From assembly GCA_951406725.2 (NCBI GenBank), contig OX597816.1:81096001-81160000 (forward strand): a stretch of DNA of 64,000 bases. Reading direction: 5' to 3'. This document shows positions 28,215 to 42,364 of the stretch, piece after piece. The position numbers were made by a program, and so were the translations under genes. This DNA comes from Octopus vulgaris (taxonomy: Eukaryota). The notes under the pieces were generated by a model, which had not been told where the DNA came from, searched no databases, and was given only the letters and a program-made list of their open reading frames with translations. Positions within the stretch are counted from its first letter, which is position 1. The number at the start of each line of letters is the position of its first letter.

Positions 28215-29035
28215 GTACTGCCTCTGCTCTTGCTTATACCATTATTGACATTTTGTATGTTCAAGAGTATACACATCAACGTTGATTTTTCAATACCCTG
28301 AAATAATTATCCCCCATTTTATACTTTAGCAACGCCTTCATTTTCTGTATACTCGTCGTACACATATATGAATGCTTGTGAATGTGCGTATGTGTGCTTG
28401 CATGTTTATATCTGCGGCAATGTGCAATATAATTAAATATTTCTTTACTCAGAATGTTACCTCTAAACATCCACATGTGTATGTGCGGTGTATCTGCGTG
28501 CATGTGTATATGTCTGTGAATGGGTACATGCTTCTGTTAAGTGTGTGGGTATATGGTATAAGTGGGTGGGTTTTTTTTTCTTTTAATATGATAGCTTTTT
28601 CCCAGTTGTTCCTAATCAACTAATTGAAAAGACAAAACACGTTAATTAGAAAACAAGTAATTATCAAAATTTTTAAATCGTATTGTGTCGTAATGATGGT
28701 TTCTTTACAGACAAGGTAGCAGCACTAGCTGATCTAATTACAGTGTAATTTAGTAGTAGAGCCGACCGATACGCTGTTGGGTCAGGAGGGGATTGTACCA
28801 TTTCAGTCGTTTTCTGCTCGCTAGTGAGAAACGGAATGGGATTAGAAGGTGGAGGGTGGGGTGGGATGGCGGGCGAATTGGATAGATTGATTGCTGAATG
28901 ATTGCATATTTGATTGATGAACAGTTAGTTGGTTGCAAGCGTAAGGGTAGATATATGATCGAAATACAAGTGACACTTAGCCAGATGTATTAGTTTAACA
29001 GAAAGAGCTAGACAGATGTGTGTGTATGCGCGCGG

Positions 29036-29075
<40 letters not shown>

Positions 29076-29155
29076 ACACACATATAAGATAGAGATAGAG
29101 ACAGAAAGACATAGACCCATACAAATAAACTGAGAAATAAATCGATCCATCCATT

Positions 29156-29201
<46 letters not shown>

Positions 29202-30300
29202 TTGATGGATAGATGGACGGACGGACGGATGGATGGTGTTTAGATTTTGCAGTTGTTTGTGTGTTTTTTGGGGGTTTTTTGTTTGTTTTTTTTTGGTTTT
29301 TTGTTTTTGTTTTTTTTTGTTTTTTAGAAGTGAATGTTTGCTATCACTGGGACTAGATTCTTTAATATTATATTGACACGATGCTTCGCATTAACAGAGG
29401 AAGAGAAAAGAAGAAGGAGAAAATGTTCTGCTTCGTGCCGTTCACAATGGTTTAAGCAATGTCAGTGAAGCGGTTCCAGCGCTTTATTTCAAACTTTTAT
29501 ACTGCTGAGTATTTTTGTATAGTTATTCATGGCGTTTTCTGATTCTTCATCTAAATTCTCCTCATTTATGATCTTCATCATTTATTTGAAGAGCGGGTAT
29601 GATAGAACCACTTTGAAAGAGACAATAGATACGTATTTCATATAAAGTTATACTTAACATCCCTGTATCAAAACGACGCGGGGGAAAAAAAGCTTTCTGG
29701 TAATGGCCACAATGTCACGCTGATACATTTTTAACAGAAGTAATGTCAGGATGACAGTGTCACAAAGCTCAAAATTCCCAGACACAGGTCATGACGTTAT
29801 ACCAATTGTCTGGTGACATAATGGCAAAACTTATGTTGATAATGGATAAAGTCGATTTTATTGAATTTTGTTTTTGCTTTTTTTTATATATTCGGCAAAA
29901 TGTTCCGGGTTTTGCTTGTTATACTTAGGTTGTTTTGGCTTTATAAGTTATAAGATTATGAGTATTTTGAGGCAAAGATTACTATTAATTATATATAAAT
30001 CAATCCCCTCAGTACTTAGAATGGTATGTTTAGTTGCTCTATCTAGTAAGTGTGAAGTTAACATTTTCAGTTTTTACCTTACTTTAGTGCGTATATTTAT
30101 ACGAATATAAACAAGAACAGACACACACATATATTATATATTACAGATAGATAGAGAGAGAGAGAGGGGTGGGGTGAGAGACAGAAAGATAAAATCACAG
30201 TGGCCGAGATGAAGAAGGTAGTCAGCGACGACAAAAATTAACAATGACGTCCTAGAAATTCATTAAATTCGTATGCAGCTGTAAACTGAATTCACTGTCT

Positions 30301-30364
<64 letters not shown>

Positions 30365-30788
30365 ATGTGTATGTATGTACATCTCTCTCTCATTTTCTCT
30401 CTCTCTATATATATATATATTATTAGTTTTATTATTATTATTGTTATTATTTGATTGAACGCCACGCATCCATTTCCATGTATATATTATATATATATAT
30501 ATATACATATACATAACACAGCTTGTATAATTTATAAGATTTAATTTAATATTTCCTTTAATTTAATATTAAGATCTAATTAGATATTTCTTAACGAAGT
30601 CAGGCAGTTTTTCAATGTTCATTCCTTTATTCTTGTTACCCGAGAGTTATTGCTAGTAAGCTTAGAATGCATTTTAGTCGTTTCGTATATTTTTTCGTAT
30701 TTTGTATCTTTTAGAAAATAAAAGGCATTAAACCACATCACATGAAATGGTATATGTATATGTGTGTGTATATATATATTTATGTATA

Positions 30789-30828
<40 letters not shown>

Positions 30829-30956
30829 TATATATATATATGTGTGTGTGTGTATGTGTGTGTGTGTATGTGTGTGTGTGTGTGTATGTATGTATATATA
30901 TGCAGGTGGACAAGCCCTATACTGTACTCTACCACGTTACTAACGGAATAGAGCAT

Positions 30957-30998
<42 letters not shown>

Positions 30999-31000
<2 letters not shown>

Positions 31001-31480
31001 GTTTTCTCCCCTATCGTTTTCTCTTTTATCATTTCTCTAATTCCATCCTCCCTTACCTTCACCATTTTCTATCTGTCTGTCTGTCTCTATCTCGCCCTCT
31101 CTTTCTCTCTTCTATCTTTTCTCTTGCCAAAGAAAATATTTCTCCAGCGTTCGCTATTTTACCCTCTTTCTGGTCAAACGACCCTCCATGTTTGTTTTCA
31201 TTCGGTTTCTTTGTGTGTCTCCACTGTCCTGTTTTTGTTCCCAACTTTGACCCTCTATAAATCTCAAATTTTATTTTGTTATTTTTGGTGAGCAACTGTC
31301 TTCGAAGAATTATATTGTCGTTCAATGCTCGAAATGAGGAGTAGATAGACAGCCGACAACTAATGAAGGGTCGTTCTTTATGTAACTTGTCCTGTTTTTC
31401 ATTTGTTTCTCCCGTTGTTTGCGTATTAAACACTTTTATTTTCGTATTTCATGTCGTTTACTGTTGGTGACGTCCTGTAT

Positions 31481-31482
<2 letters not shown>
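30999..31482. mobile_element. ~480-bp pyrimidine-rich element inserted in (TA)n, unclassified
   Basis: (TA)n on both sides. Its terminus (GTTGGTGACGTCCTGTA) recurs in reverse at 50357-50375. Confidence 0.55.
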
Positions 31483-31510
<28 letters not shown>

Positions 31511-31514
<4 letters not shown>

Positions 31515-31670
31515 CAGAACACAATAAAGCAGAAACAGACCCCATAAAGCTCAAGAAGCTCAAGAAATCCCGGATAAACGTCCTACACCCGGATTTGAAT
31601 GACTTTGCCAGGTGGTGTTATTAAGTTAAACATGGCCTGGGCGAATATTGGCCGAAACCTATCAAAGTAT
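31511..31670 (+). mobile_element. Probable PLE 3' end (GIY-YIG tail plus degenerate hammerhead)
   Basis: AETDPIKLKKLKKSRINVLHPDLND resembles E....R...E...I....P.LN. It is followed by TTAAACAT-GGCC-tgggcgaatatt-GGCC-GAAAC and lies between (TA)n and (CATA)n. Confidence 0.45.
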
Positions 31671-31789
31671 ACATACATACATACATACATACATACATAC
31701 ATACATACATACATACATACATGCATACATGCATGCATACATACATACATACATACATACATACATACATACATACATACATACATACA

Positions 31790-31822
<33 letters not shown>

Positions 31823-32459
31823 TAGTATATATTAGGAATCTTCACTTCTTCCACTAACCAGAAAGTTTGATATCTTCAAGTCTAGAATCCCATATTGGTA
31901 TTTATTGGATGCTTAATAACACCGTAATTATAGATGTGTTTTCAGATATTTGACTGTACAGAGATTTGAACACAGCACAGAGCCGCACGGAAATACGTGC
32001 ACTAAATGTATTGCCCAATAATGATTCAATGACAGAATTTTCAGATAACTAAACTGATACCAATGGGACTTACATGTAAGCAATATCCTGATTATAGAAC
32101 TCTCCCATAGGCGGAGAGATTTTAGTGTAACATGAGAAATGTCATGGCCATTTAACCTGACCTAATAAGGTCAATAAAGTGAAACGAAAAAAAATTAAAG
32201 TATGTTAGATTGTCGAAGAGAGGAAACATCTAATGTTTCAAGTAGAGCACTTAATTTTCTAATGACCTCTGCCAGTGACACGATTTCTAGTTTTTATCTT
32301 CTAATATAGTTAGATTTATTGTGATACATTAAGTTAGTTTCCATATGTTGATATTAATCTCGTAAAAACTTACTGTCATAAACATTTAATATTCTAGAAA
32401 ATTAACTACAGCTTAATTGTTGAATCTATGATTCAGTTGTTGCTAATGTTCTTATCCTT

Positions 32460-32660
32460 GCTGTTGTTTATCCTCAAGTTAGTCCTGATTGCGCAGAGCT
32501 AAATTCGAAGTCTTTTGTATTTTTACCTTTAGACAATGCATCTAGAATTACATCATCAAATATACCCCTCCTTTATTACGACGGCTGGATTCAATTTAAG
32601 AGACATATTGCGGCTATGTCTATCAGGTCGAACGACCCCGTAGACGTTCCTCGTTAGTTC
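32460..32660 (+). repeat. Old dispersed repeat family C
   Basis: Motif GTGATTTGAGG..A.TTTG.CTGCTATTTCT..CAGGTCGA.CGACC. Further copies at ~15860, 16175(-), 19890, 21410-21570(-), 26400-26580, 47150-47580(-) and 48680-48830(-). Confidence 0.6.
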
Positions 32661-32746
32661 GAGTTACGACACTCAGTGCCTAAATATGGTCAGATATGCA
32701 ATTCCAGTCATACAAGAGGAACTGTATCAGGAGCACTGGGTGTACA

Positions 32747-33164
32747 GGGCGGCGAGCTGGCAGAAACGTTAGCATGCCGGGCGAAATGTGTAGCCGTATT
32801 TTGTCTGTCGTTACGTTGTGAATTCAAATTCCGCCGAGGTCGACTTTGCCTCTCATCCTTTCGGGGTCGATCAATTAAGTACCAGTTACGCACTGGGGTC
32901 AATGTAATCGACTTAATACCTATGTCTGTCCTTCTTTGTCTCCTCTATGTTTAGCCCCTTGTGGGTAGTAAAGAAATAGGTATTTCGTCTGCCGTTACGT
33001 TCTGAGTTCAAATTCCGCCGAGGTCGACTTTGCCTTTCATCCTTTCGGTGTCGATAAATTAAGTACCAGTTACGCACTGGGGTCGATGTAATTGACTTAA
33101 TACCTATGTCTGTCCTTCTTTGTCCCCTCTATGTTTAGCCCCTTGTGAGTAATAAAGAAATAGG
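32747..33164 (+). mobile_element. SINE family B with tandemly duplicated 184-bp body
   Basis: Head GGCGGCGAGCTGGCAGAAACGTTAGC, B box GAGTTCAAATTCC, conserved GGTCGACTTTGCCTTTCATCCTTTCGGGGTCGATAAATTAAGTACCAG domain. Units start at 32796 and 32980. Confidence 0.9.
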
Positions 33165-34412
33165 AGTATTGGGTGTTCAACATTAAAGGCAGTGCACCTG
33201 TATGGACGTAACCAGAGCTTAAATATTTAAAAACATTTAAAGAGTATTGCAATATTTTATTTCGACAGTAATGTAAAAATGAATAAAATTTCGATGTCAT
33301 ACTCGTCCTTATATGACACGCATCACTGATGTCACTAACAATCCGGCTACGAGGTTATTCAGTCTTCTCTTTTCTTTCGTCTATACGACTGAGACGTCGG
33401 TCTCTAACTACAAAACAGATTTAGAAGCTATCTTTATCCCAGTGCTTGCATGCATCCTGACCAAAACAATGATCAGAGAGCCGTGTAGGTCAATTGTGTA
33501 TAGCTAAACTTCTATCTTATGTTATTTATTTTATCAATCTACGTTATATGTGTTCATCTTCTGCACTTCACTTTTAAGCTCTATCCAAGCAAATTTGAAT
33601 GTATATACAACTTTAACGCAAATTATTTCTATTCTAGTTTCTATTCCATTCTAGTTTACTCTATTCCATTCCATTTCATTCAATTCTTATATACATTACA
33701 ATACATCACTTAGTCTTTTCAGTGTCACAATACCCGAAGTTATATAATGTGAAGTAACGTCTCGGATTTTAAAGTTTTCTCATGCAATAAATATTTAGCA
33801 CGATTACATCGAAAATAAGATCGAATTTTCTTGAAAGTATAATCAAGTAATTCTTCAAACTCTCTCAGAGGCAAACTTTCAGACATCAATCGAATTGTCA
33901 TCATTATTCTCCTGAAGAATGAAATTCCAATTAACCTTAAATGTAGGCGAAAACATTCCTATTAGATTTTAGGATTCGATAACGAAATTAAAGCAACATT
34001 AAAAATTTCTCAAAACCTTCTAAAGATTGGAGAATTTCAGACTTATAAAGCATCATAATCACTTTTGCAGGCTTCTTAATTTGTATTGCTATATTCACGA
34101 GCTGAACGTCTCTCACTACTAAACAGTTTACATACGTCTAATTATTCCATATAATTTACCTTCAGGAGAAAATTCAATTTATTTGCGTTTACTTCTAAAT
34201 TTGTAAATAGATTTACTCAGTGTTGTTACTTTGAGAATTTCTGCAATAAAAGCATTCTTGAAGCTAAAAGAAGCTGCTTCCAAAGTTAACAACTTAGTGA
34301 CCAAATATTTAGAATATTTCAGAGTAGCTCAGGATAGATTCGGCTAGCAATGGCCTAACCATGTCTAATTTAGAAACACAACCCTGATTAGTTGATGTTA
34401 TATGTAAATTGT

Positions 34413-34600
34413 TCATCCAAGCAAGTTGTTGTTGTTCATTGAAACATATTCTGGTATGGGTCGTTTGTCTAGGATTGTTTCGAGGAATTTGTAGAGATGC
34501 CGTTTGAATGTTTTCTTTGATGCTTTGATAAGAATGTTGAACAAAGCTGAACTGATTGAGGTGAAGAAAGTGGAGCGTGGGGTTTTACCAGGAGACGGGA
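34413..34600 (-). pseudogene. CR1-group LINE ORF2 C-terminal fragment
   Basis: FFTSISSALFNILIK..KKTFKRHLYKFLETILDKRPIPEYVSMNNNNLL; same type as 25085-25260. Confidence 0.7.
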
Positions 34601-35371
34601 TGAACTGAAGCACTTGAAATATATTATCACTTCATTGGGATAGCACTTTTGGAACATTTGCCATAATAAAATTATAATTATTAAAATCATCTTAATAATT
34701 TCATAAGTATAATAATTTTTCAATAATTAAATATAGATATTCCCAGTAAATTTGTCGCCGGATATAAAATTGCTCTACGTTCAGCTGTACGGTGATGCAA
34801 ATTGCGGTTAAGAAATTGTACTAATTCCTTCAGAGAAAAAGAGTTTTAGTTTCAAGCAGAGCAAAATCGCGAGCTAGTTATATTTTACTAATTCAATACA
34901 ATTGGTTTAACATTTACTTCAAATGTGGAAAACAAAAGCTCCAAATGTTAAGAGAATTAAGAAGTTACCAATTAGTAATTAATTCTTAGATTTTAAAAAA
35001 TTGAACAGTGTTCTAGATAAAAATATTTACATTCTTTATAAAATGTAAATCAATTACAACTCCTAAGTCTGTAAATAGTTACTTCTTACAACTTTAGATA
35101 TCGTTCATATGTCCGAAATTCTAAGGCCACCGAATTTATTCTTTATCACATCAAATAAGCTACAGAGATTTTTTACTAACGTAGTCGACGTGTATTCGAC
35201 TATCCTGATGCTTCAAATTTACAAATGAATGAACAGAAAAGTTACAGATTGAAATGGTAGCAATATTTTAATGCATCAATACATACAGACTATGTCGTTT
35301 CTTCTGATACTAACACAAGACAATGAATAAGACTAACTACTTTCAATACATATACGTATATATATGTATGC

Positions 35372-35440
<69 letters not shown>

Positions 35441-36010
35441 GGGTGGAGATATAAATGAAGTGGATGGAGATTTAACACTGGTGTAGGATGCAATTAGGTG
35501 AAAAATTAATCAATACTGATAGATATTGTGGAATAATATTATATATCTAGAGTTGAGTCGTCACCCAGAATATCTTGTTCCTGATTTTCAGGCTACAATA
35601 CGCGCATGTGTGTGCGTGCGTGCTTGCGTTGGGGGCGGGGTGTACACCATGTCCTGTGTGTTAGTTACGACTATAATGGCAAGCATGCACAAGTGTATGA
35701 TTTAAGTGCGCGTGAATTCTCAAGTAGAAACAAATTCATCTCCGTTCACCAGTGGATCATCCAGAATATCACAACTGACGAGAAGTCTGCCCCAGCACTC
35801 GACTGTGAGTTTCTTCTTGATTTATTGAACCAGAAAGGATGAAAATGAAGGTTACCCTCAGCCTGATCTCAACAGAGTGTGAACATAAGTAGATATCGTA
35901 ATGCAGTTTGTGTGTGTGTGTGTAAAAATGCATATACATACTCATACATTCACACAAAACATTATATGTATCTGTGTATGCAAAAGTGTGTGCCAGTGTG
36001 TGAATGTGTA

Positions 36011-36014
<4 letters not shown>

Positions 36015-36104
<90 letters not shown>

Positions 36105-36335
36105 CATATATATATACATATATATACATATATATATACATATATATATACATATATATACATATATATATACATATATATATACATATATATATACATA
36201 TATATACATATATATATACATATATATATACACATATATATATACACATATATATACACATATATATACACATATATATACACATATATATATACACATA
36301 TATATACACATATATATATATACATATATATATAC

Positions 36336-36396
<61 letters not shown>
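36015..36396. repeat. Imperfect (TA)n/(TACA) microsatellite
   Basis: Directly visible. Confidence 0.95.
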
Positions 36397-36398
<2 letters not shown>

Positions 36399-36708
36399 GG
36401 AAGTTGCATGATGGAAGAATCAGTAGCGCGTAAAAGAAAATGCTCGTTGTATTAGGTAATGTCCCTTTGCGTTCCGAGATCAAATCTATTCAAATGATTC
36501 TAATTTTATTGGTCTCTCCCGAAGTCGATAAAATTAATACCACTCAAGCACTTGAGTTGATGTAATCGAGTATACACTTGAGAAGCAGTTTCTAACCGTG
36601 ATAATAATCAATGATTGGAATAAAGATATTTATCAGCTGATACCCAATGTTATGATTACAGTCCAGTATGAATCTTGAATTATCAGAGAAGTAGACAGCT
36701 TAATCATA

Positions 36709-36752
<44 letters not shown>

Positions 36753-37503
36753 ACGCACACACTTTGCAGAAAAAGTATTTTCGCAAACAAAGTATTTTTA
36801 GTCAACGGCAACAATGGTTTTCACTTGGTGAAAAAACAGACAATTAGTTGAGACAATATTTTAAGACAAGTCTCATTTAACTTCGCGTCAAAATCACAAT
36901 GAAGACACGACAATTCTCAATTGTAATTTAGAAAATCGAAATCAATTAAGAAATATTTTGCTTTCCTTTTTTTACTGTTTTGTGGGTTTTTGTATTTCTT
37001 GTCCGTTTTCGGACAATCTTGAAATCTTTAATATTTTGGTTCATTTATTCCAATTAACAAGTTAATAATCAAATACTAAGCAGAAGAAAACTTTACCCTA
37101 AAATATTTCTACTAAAATCAAGACAAAATTAATTATCGCCAAAAATTAAATTAAATTAATGAAGCATTCAGCAAATTTATTCCGTTTTGTGTGTATTGAC
37201 TGATAAGGTTATGTCAAGAAATATGTGACACATTAAGCTATACTACTTAATAACAATATAACAGTGCAGATGTTTCAGTATTTCTCATCTCTGCTTCATT
37301 TTTCAATCTGATTCCCAATGACACAAGTATGGCTTTGCGGTTAGAAAGTACATTACTTAAACACGTGATTCCGGATACTTGAGGTAAGTGTATTCTATGA
37401 TAGTTTCAGATTGACAAAAACCAGATGAGTGATATTTAGAAAACAAAAGCTGTGCGGAAGCCCTTCGTATATTTTACATGTGTGTGTGTGTACATATGTA
37501 TAA

Positions 37504-37549
<46 letters not shown>

Positions 37550-37894
37550 TTTTTTATCCAAGGGGAGGCAATAGGAGCAACAACCACAGGAACAGCACAA
37601 AATTCAAAGATAGACTAAACACATACAAATCTTATATACTAGTTTATATCTATACAGTCCGACATATTAGAAATTTAAAAATTCAGTAATATATAAGTAT
37701 CATATACAAATAAAAATATAAGTACAAATATAAATATAATATAAATATAAATTTTGCATATAATACGCTTAAAACTGTTAGAATAAGAGGAATAAATATA
37801 GTGATAATAAAATAAAAATATACCATATCAAGACACGAGTAAAATTCCGGCGAATAGTACATAAAATATAATACACATACAAGCTTACAAAAAT

Positions 37895-37980
37895 GGGCCG
37901 TTTCGGGGGATGTGCCAATCAATACTAGATATATCAGTACTTAAAATAGTACTTAAAATTGGCACTCCCTTCGTCAGGAT
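37895..37980 (-). ncRNA. Degenerate hammerhead ribozyme with extended stem II
   Basis: - strand CTGACGA(37977-71)-A-GGGAGTGCCAA..~40 nt..TTGGCACATCCC-cc-GAAAC(37904-00)-GGCCCAT. There is no canonical NUH triplet. Confidence 0.5.
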
Positions 37981-38378
37981 GTCCTATACAACACATAAAA
38001 TATGAACAAACACACAAATACATAGTCACATACCGGCCATTCTCAGAACACGATATTTACGTACTCCCAGAAAAATTTTTACGTTGATCCTGAATGGAAC
38101 ATAATACGCAAGCCATTCGATACAGTCGCCATAGGAAATTGTATGCACGCAGCGCCATCTGGCCCGTTTCACTTCAGCACTTAATTTATTTTATTTTATT
38201 TTATTCCAATCTTATAAATTCTCCCATACATGCAAAGCCACATACTCAGGTTTGAGTCCTCGACTAACAGCTATTTTTCATATAATCACATTACTTTTAT
38301 TTTTTCTCGTTTTTCACTCACTATACTTTCTAAACTTAATTCACTTGTTATTGGTTAGCTCTAACTTTTATTGCTATT

Positions 38379-38908
38379 TCAATTATCATAAGTTTCATAA
38401 GGCACTGAATAAATATTCCCTGTTTTATCAGAAAGAATGTGTAGATTGGGATCCTCCTTCAGTTTAGCTATTGTATGTTGTAACTGATTTTGGAAAGCAT
38501 TCGAATATCTGGAGTATTTAAGGTTCTTAATCATATATATTAGGTCCTTTTCAAATTTCGCTAAGTCGGGGTTTGGTGGTGCGTTTTTATATGACTTTAA
38601 ATTATAAGATTCCGTATCCTCAGTTTGGTTGGTAATGCTGGTCCTCATGGTTTCGTCCTTCGTCTTCAAGATCCTGGACTTATCAACATAGAAGGCACGC
38701 CACCTAAGTCTAGATATAAACTCATTGGTCTTATGCAAGAGAGTTTCCATATATAAGATTTGCATGTGTTTGGTCTATCTTTGAATTTTGTGGTGTTCCT
38801 GTGGTTGTTGCTCCTATTGCCTCCCCTTGGATAAAAAAAGTGTATACAGCTCATTGGAGCACTTCTATTTCTAGTCCGTTGTATATCTTGAGTGTTGTTG
38901 TCACTCAA
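38379..38908 (-). pseudogene. PLE ORF N-terminal fragment up to the DKG-like motif (frameshifted, truncated)
   Basis: FKDRPNTCKSY/(fs at TATATA ~38750)/METLLHKTNEFISRLRWRAFY...YNLKS.K.PP..L.KFEKDL..MIKNLKY...NAFQ.QL...I..L......LSDKTGNIY, a typical PLE pre-RT region. Confidence 0.75.
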
Positions 38909-38922
38909 GATATAACTTTATA

Positions 38923-38972
<50 letters not shown>

Positions 38973-39309
38973 GTGTATATCTAAATGTATATGCGCATAC
39001 ATACATAAACACACATGTATCACCATGTGTTGCAACCTGCGACATTTGAGCTGAAACACTCCGCGGTATGTACGTCTGCTTGTATTGTTTGCGATATGCA
39101 GGTAAATGAACGATGAACCAAGTACCACATAAAGTAATAAGATGGATTATATCGACTGAAAACATTGTTTAATGACGGTAAAAGAAAAAAAACGAAAGAA
39201 TCAAAGAATGAATGATTTATTCGAACCATGCTCAACTCTGACTGCCATAGCGCTGATAGGATTCCTTATGGACAGGACTCTGTTCTCTTGCCGGTAAAGT
39301 TTCTCGTGG

Positions 39310-39700
39310 CCGTCAGGTGAGTAGCTTGGCTCCGGGTTCAGTCACATGGTTCCGTGTTCAGCCACACTGCGTGGCACCTTCGGCAAGTGTTTTCTACTAT
39401 AGCCTCGTGAATGGATTTGGTAGACGGAAACCGAAAGAAGCCCGTCATGTATATATATTTATATATATATACACGCGTGTGTGTGTATCTTTCTATGTTT
39501 CTCTCCACCACCACTTGACAACCGCTGTTGGTGTGTTTGCATCCCCGTAACTTAGTGGTTTGGGTAAAGAGACTGATACAATAAGTACAAGGCTTTAAAA
39601 ATATAAGTTGTGGGATCGACTCATTCGACTACAAATTCTTCAAGGTGGTGCCCAGCAAGGCCGCAATCTAATAACTGAAACCAGTAAAAGATAAAAGATA
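39310..39700 (+). mobile_element. SINE family A
   Basis: Matches the other family A copies along its length. Confidence 0.85.
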
Positions 39701-40206
39701 ATACTGCAATTTCTATGAGTGAATTTCCATCGTGATTAGACCAAGATTCCGTCAGTGTTAAGCTTAACTGTGAGATAAATTCCATCAAAACAGCAAGAGG
39801 CGAATGGGCAGAGCTGTTAGAGCGCCACGCGGGATGACTTGTGTTATTTGTTCTGGTTCACTGGCTTCTTCGACCAAATTCCTGCATGACAGGCATGAGT
39901 TTAACACAACAGTGTTGCAAGCATTCGAGTTAAAGCCACGATAATAATATACCTTCCTCCTTTTCTTCGCCAACGTCAGAGACTCAGTAAAATGTCGTGG
40001 GCATTATAGCAATAGTTTTAAATATGCATTATTGAAAACAACAAATAATCACAATTTTTAATGTTGATTCGGATTGATTTTTCACATTTACTATATTAGA
40101 AATTTTATTCGAACCGAAACATGAGGGATTAATTTTAATTATAAAAATTTTCAGAGACTAAAACATAACAATTTTCAATAATACTCACAGACACAGAGAC
40201 ACACAA

Positions 40207-40237
<31 letters not shown>

Positions 40238-41193
40238 ACTGAAAAGTACAATAACATTCTCTAAGTATCCATATAACAGTTTGGTTATATATAAACATAA
40301 ACGTATGTTGTGGATATGTGTTTTTGTGCTTATATGTGTATGTGTACAAATATAAAAATGTGTGTGTGTGTGTGAATCAATGTATGTCTGTGTATATGTG
40401 TGTGTGTTTTGTGTTGTGTATGTATGTGTATATTATACAGAGACATGCGTGTGAATGTGTATGAGTGTGAGGTCTTAAATACCATTCTTTATTGCATTTC
40501 TATAGAATCTTATATAATAAAATACAATGGGGTTCTCTATCGAAGACAAAAATCTCTAGTATCCATTGGCAAATTGCTGACTGCAGTACATTATACAATA
40601 GCATTGATCAGAGAATGAGTATGTTGATGTTGTGGCAATAGTATAGATACTGATATTGATGATGATGGTGATGATGAAGTGATGCTGTATTGATGTGATC
40701 AGTAGTGATTCTGATGATTGTATCTGTGTTGGTATTGGTGTTGGTGTTGAGAAGCAGGGCGGGAGGAAATGGTCATCTTGCAAAAGCTGATTTATAATAT
40801 AAGAAACACAACTCGAAACATCAATACTCAATCATTGTATTTATTGTTGGAGCATAGCCAGAAATATCAAAACTAATCAATACAATAGACATCTATAAAC
40901 TGTGATTATCTCTATGTGATTATCTAACTTCTCTCAGTAAGCAAACTATTCTCATAAAACAGATGCCAGCAGAGCTATAAAAAGAAACAAAAAGAAATAT
41001 TCTGAGGAAGGGCAAGGTGGATGTGATGTGTGTTTGTGAGTGTGAGGGGGGTTCGGAATATATATTTTCTTGGTTTTAAGTTTATAGGACTGTATGTTAT
41101 ATATAAGAATATTCTGCATAAGAAAGCAATGGAATTTCCGGGTGAAATCTCAATTTTTATGGTTAACTTTTGTTATTGTCAATATTCTGTCTG

Positions 41194-41268
<75 letters not shown>

Positions 41269-42034
41269 GTAAGCATTTGTGTGTTGGTGCTTATATATGT
41301 TTATGAAGGAGGGTGCATATGTGTAAATAGACACACAAGCTCGCTCGTACACACAGGCACGTGTATATGTACGTATATTGAATAAAGTATTTTGTTTTAT
41401 GTCTTATATAGAGAGTCATATATAAAACCAGTCATATATGAAGACAGTCGTATACAAACATAGATGTTATCCAATACATCTAAGTAGGATATCAAAGTTA
41501 CATTTTTCAAGGAAAAGGTTGACAGTGACTTACAGTGTTCATTTGGCCCGGTTTCGATAGACATGTACTAAGTGTGTGTGTGCGCGCGCGTGTGTGTGTG
41601 TGTGTGTGTGTGTGCGTACGTGCGTGCGTGTGTGTGTCCAATTGATCGCTCACACGGCTATTATGCAGAGTTTGAACATTCACGAATGTAAGTATCAGTA
41701 TGAATAAGGCCTTCACTGTATTCAAGGTAGGTCCTTATTTGTTATTTGTAAGTTTGATTCTCATTGCACTACAAAGGTCACGTGATGAAATGAAACTTAT
41801 TGCAGACTAATACAATAAGCATCTATGTGAGTTTGTGGGCGTGTGGTGTATGTGCATACGCACACACACATACACATTAACAGAATTGGGATTTTAATGT
41901 TGTCGCTTATTCAAAAGAACATTACGTCTCTATATTCGATGTAGATAATGTTACGAACATTTGTCTTAGAGAAATTGAACCTACGAATATTCATATATAC
42001 AAACATATAAAGGACTGCTGAATAATATAATGGC

Positions 42035-42160
42035 TTCAAATTCTAGTGCAAGACCAAAAATTTAAAGGGAGGGTTAAGTCGAATATATCGACCCCAGCGT
42101 TAAACTAGTACTCAATTTATCGACCCCGAAAGCATGAAAAGTCAAGTCAACTTTGGCAGA
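42035..42160 (-). mobile_element. SINE family B, 3' part
   Basis: TCGACCCCAG..TAGTAC..TTTATCGACCCCGAAAG.ATGAAA. Confidence 0.7.
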
Positions 42161-42364
42161 AAAAATCTAGCAATTAATGATTGTTATTATTCGAGACAGG
42201 GGAGGTGATTGCACTTTTTGGGGAAGTACCCTTTAGGGGTAAGGGTAAATTTGTGGTATTTGTATTACGAAGTTATAAATTCGTGAATTAAAATAGTGAA
42301 ATAAAATATGTATAAAGTTGCTTATGCGTTCATTAATTAAGATATTAACAAAACCCAAAATTGG

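Larger units (their letters stand above)
37543..38925 (-). mobile_element. Rearranged Penelope-like element inserted in (TA)n
   Basis: ~95-bp inverted repeats (37543-37638 / 38750-38846), PLE N-terminal ORF fragment, same-strand hammerhead-like motif, and (TA)n flanks. Confidence 0.8.

Noticed and set aside
31320-31380. Possible permuted (type II) hammerhead in the 31-kb element
   Set aside because: The core reads CTAATGA and stems I and III cannot be formed.
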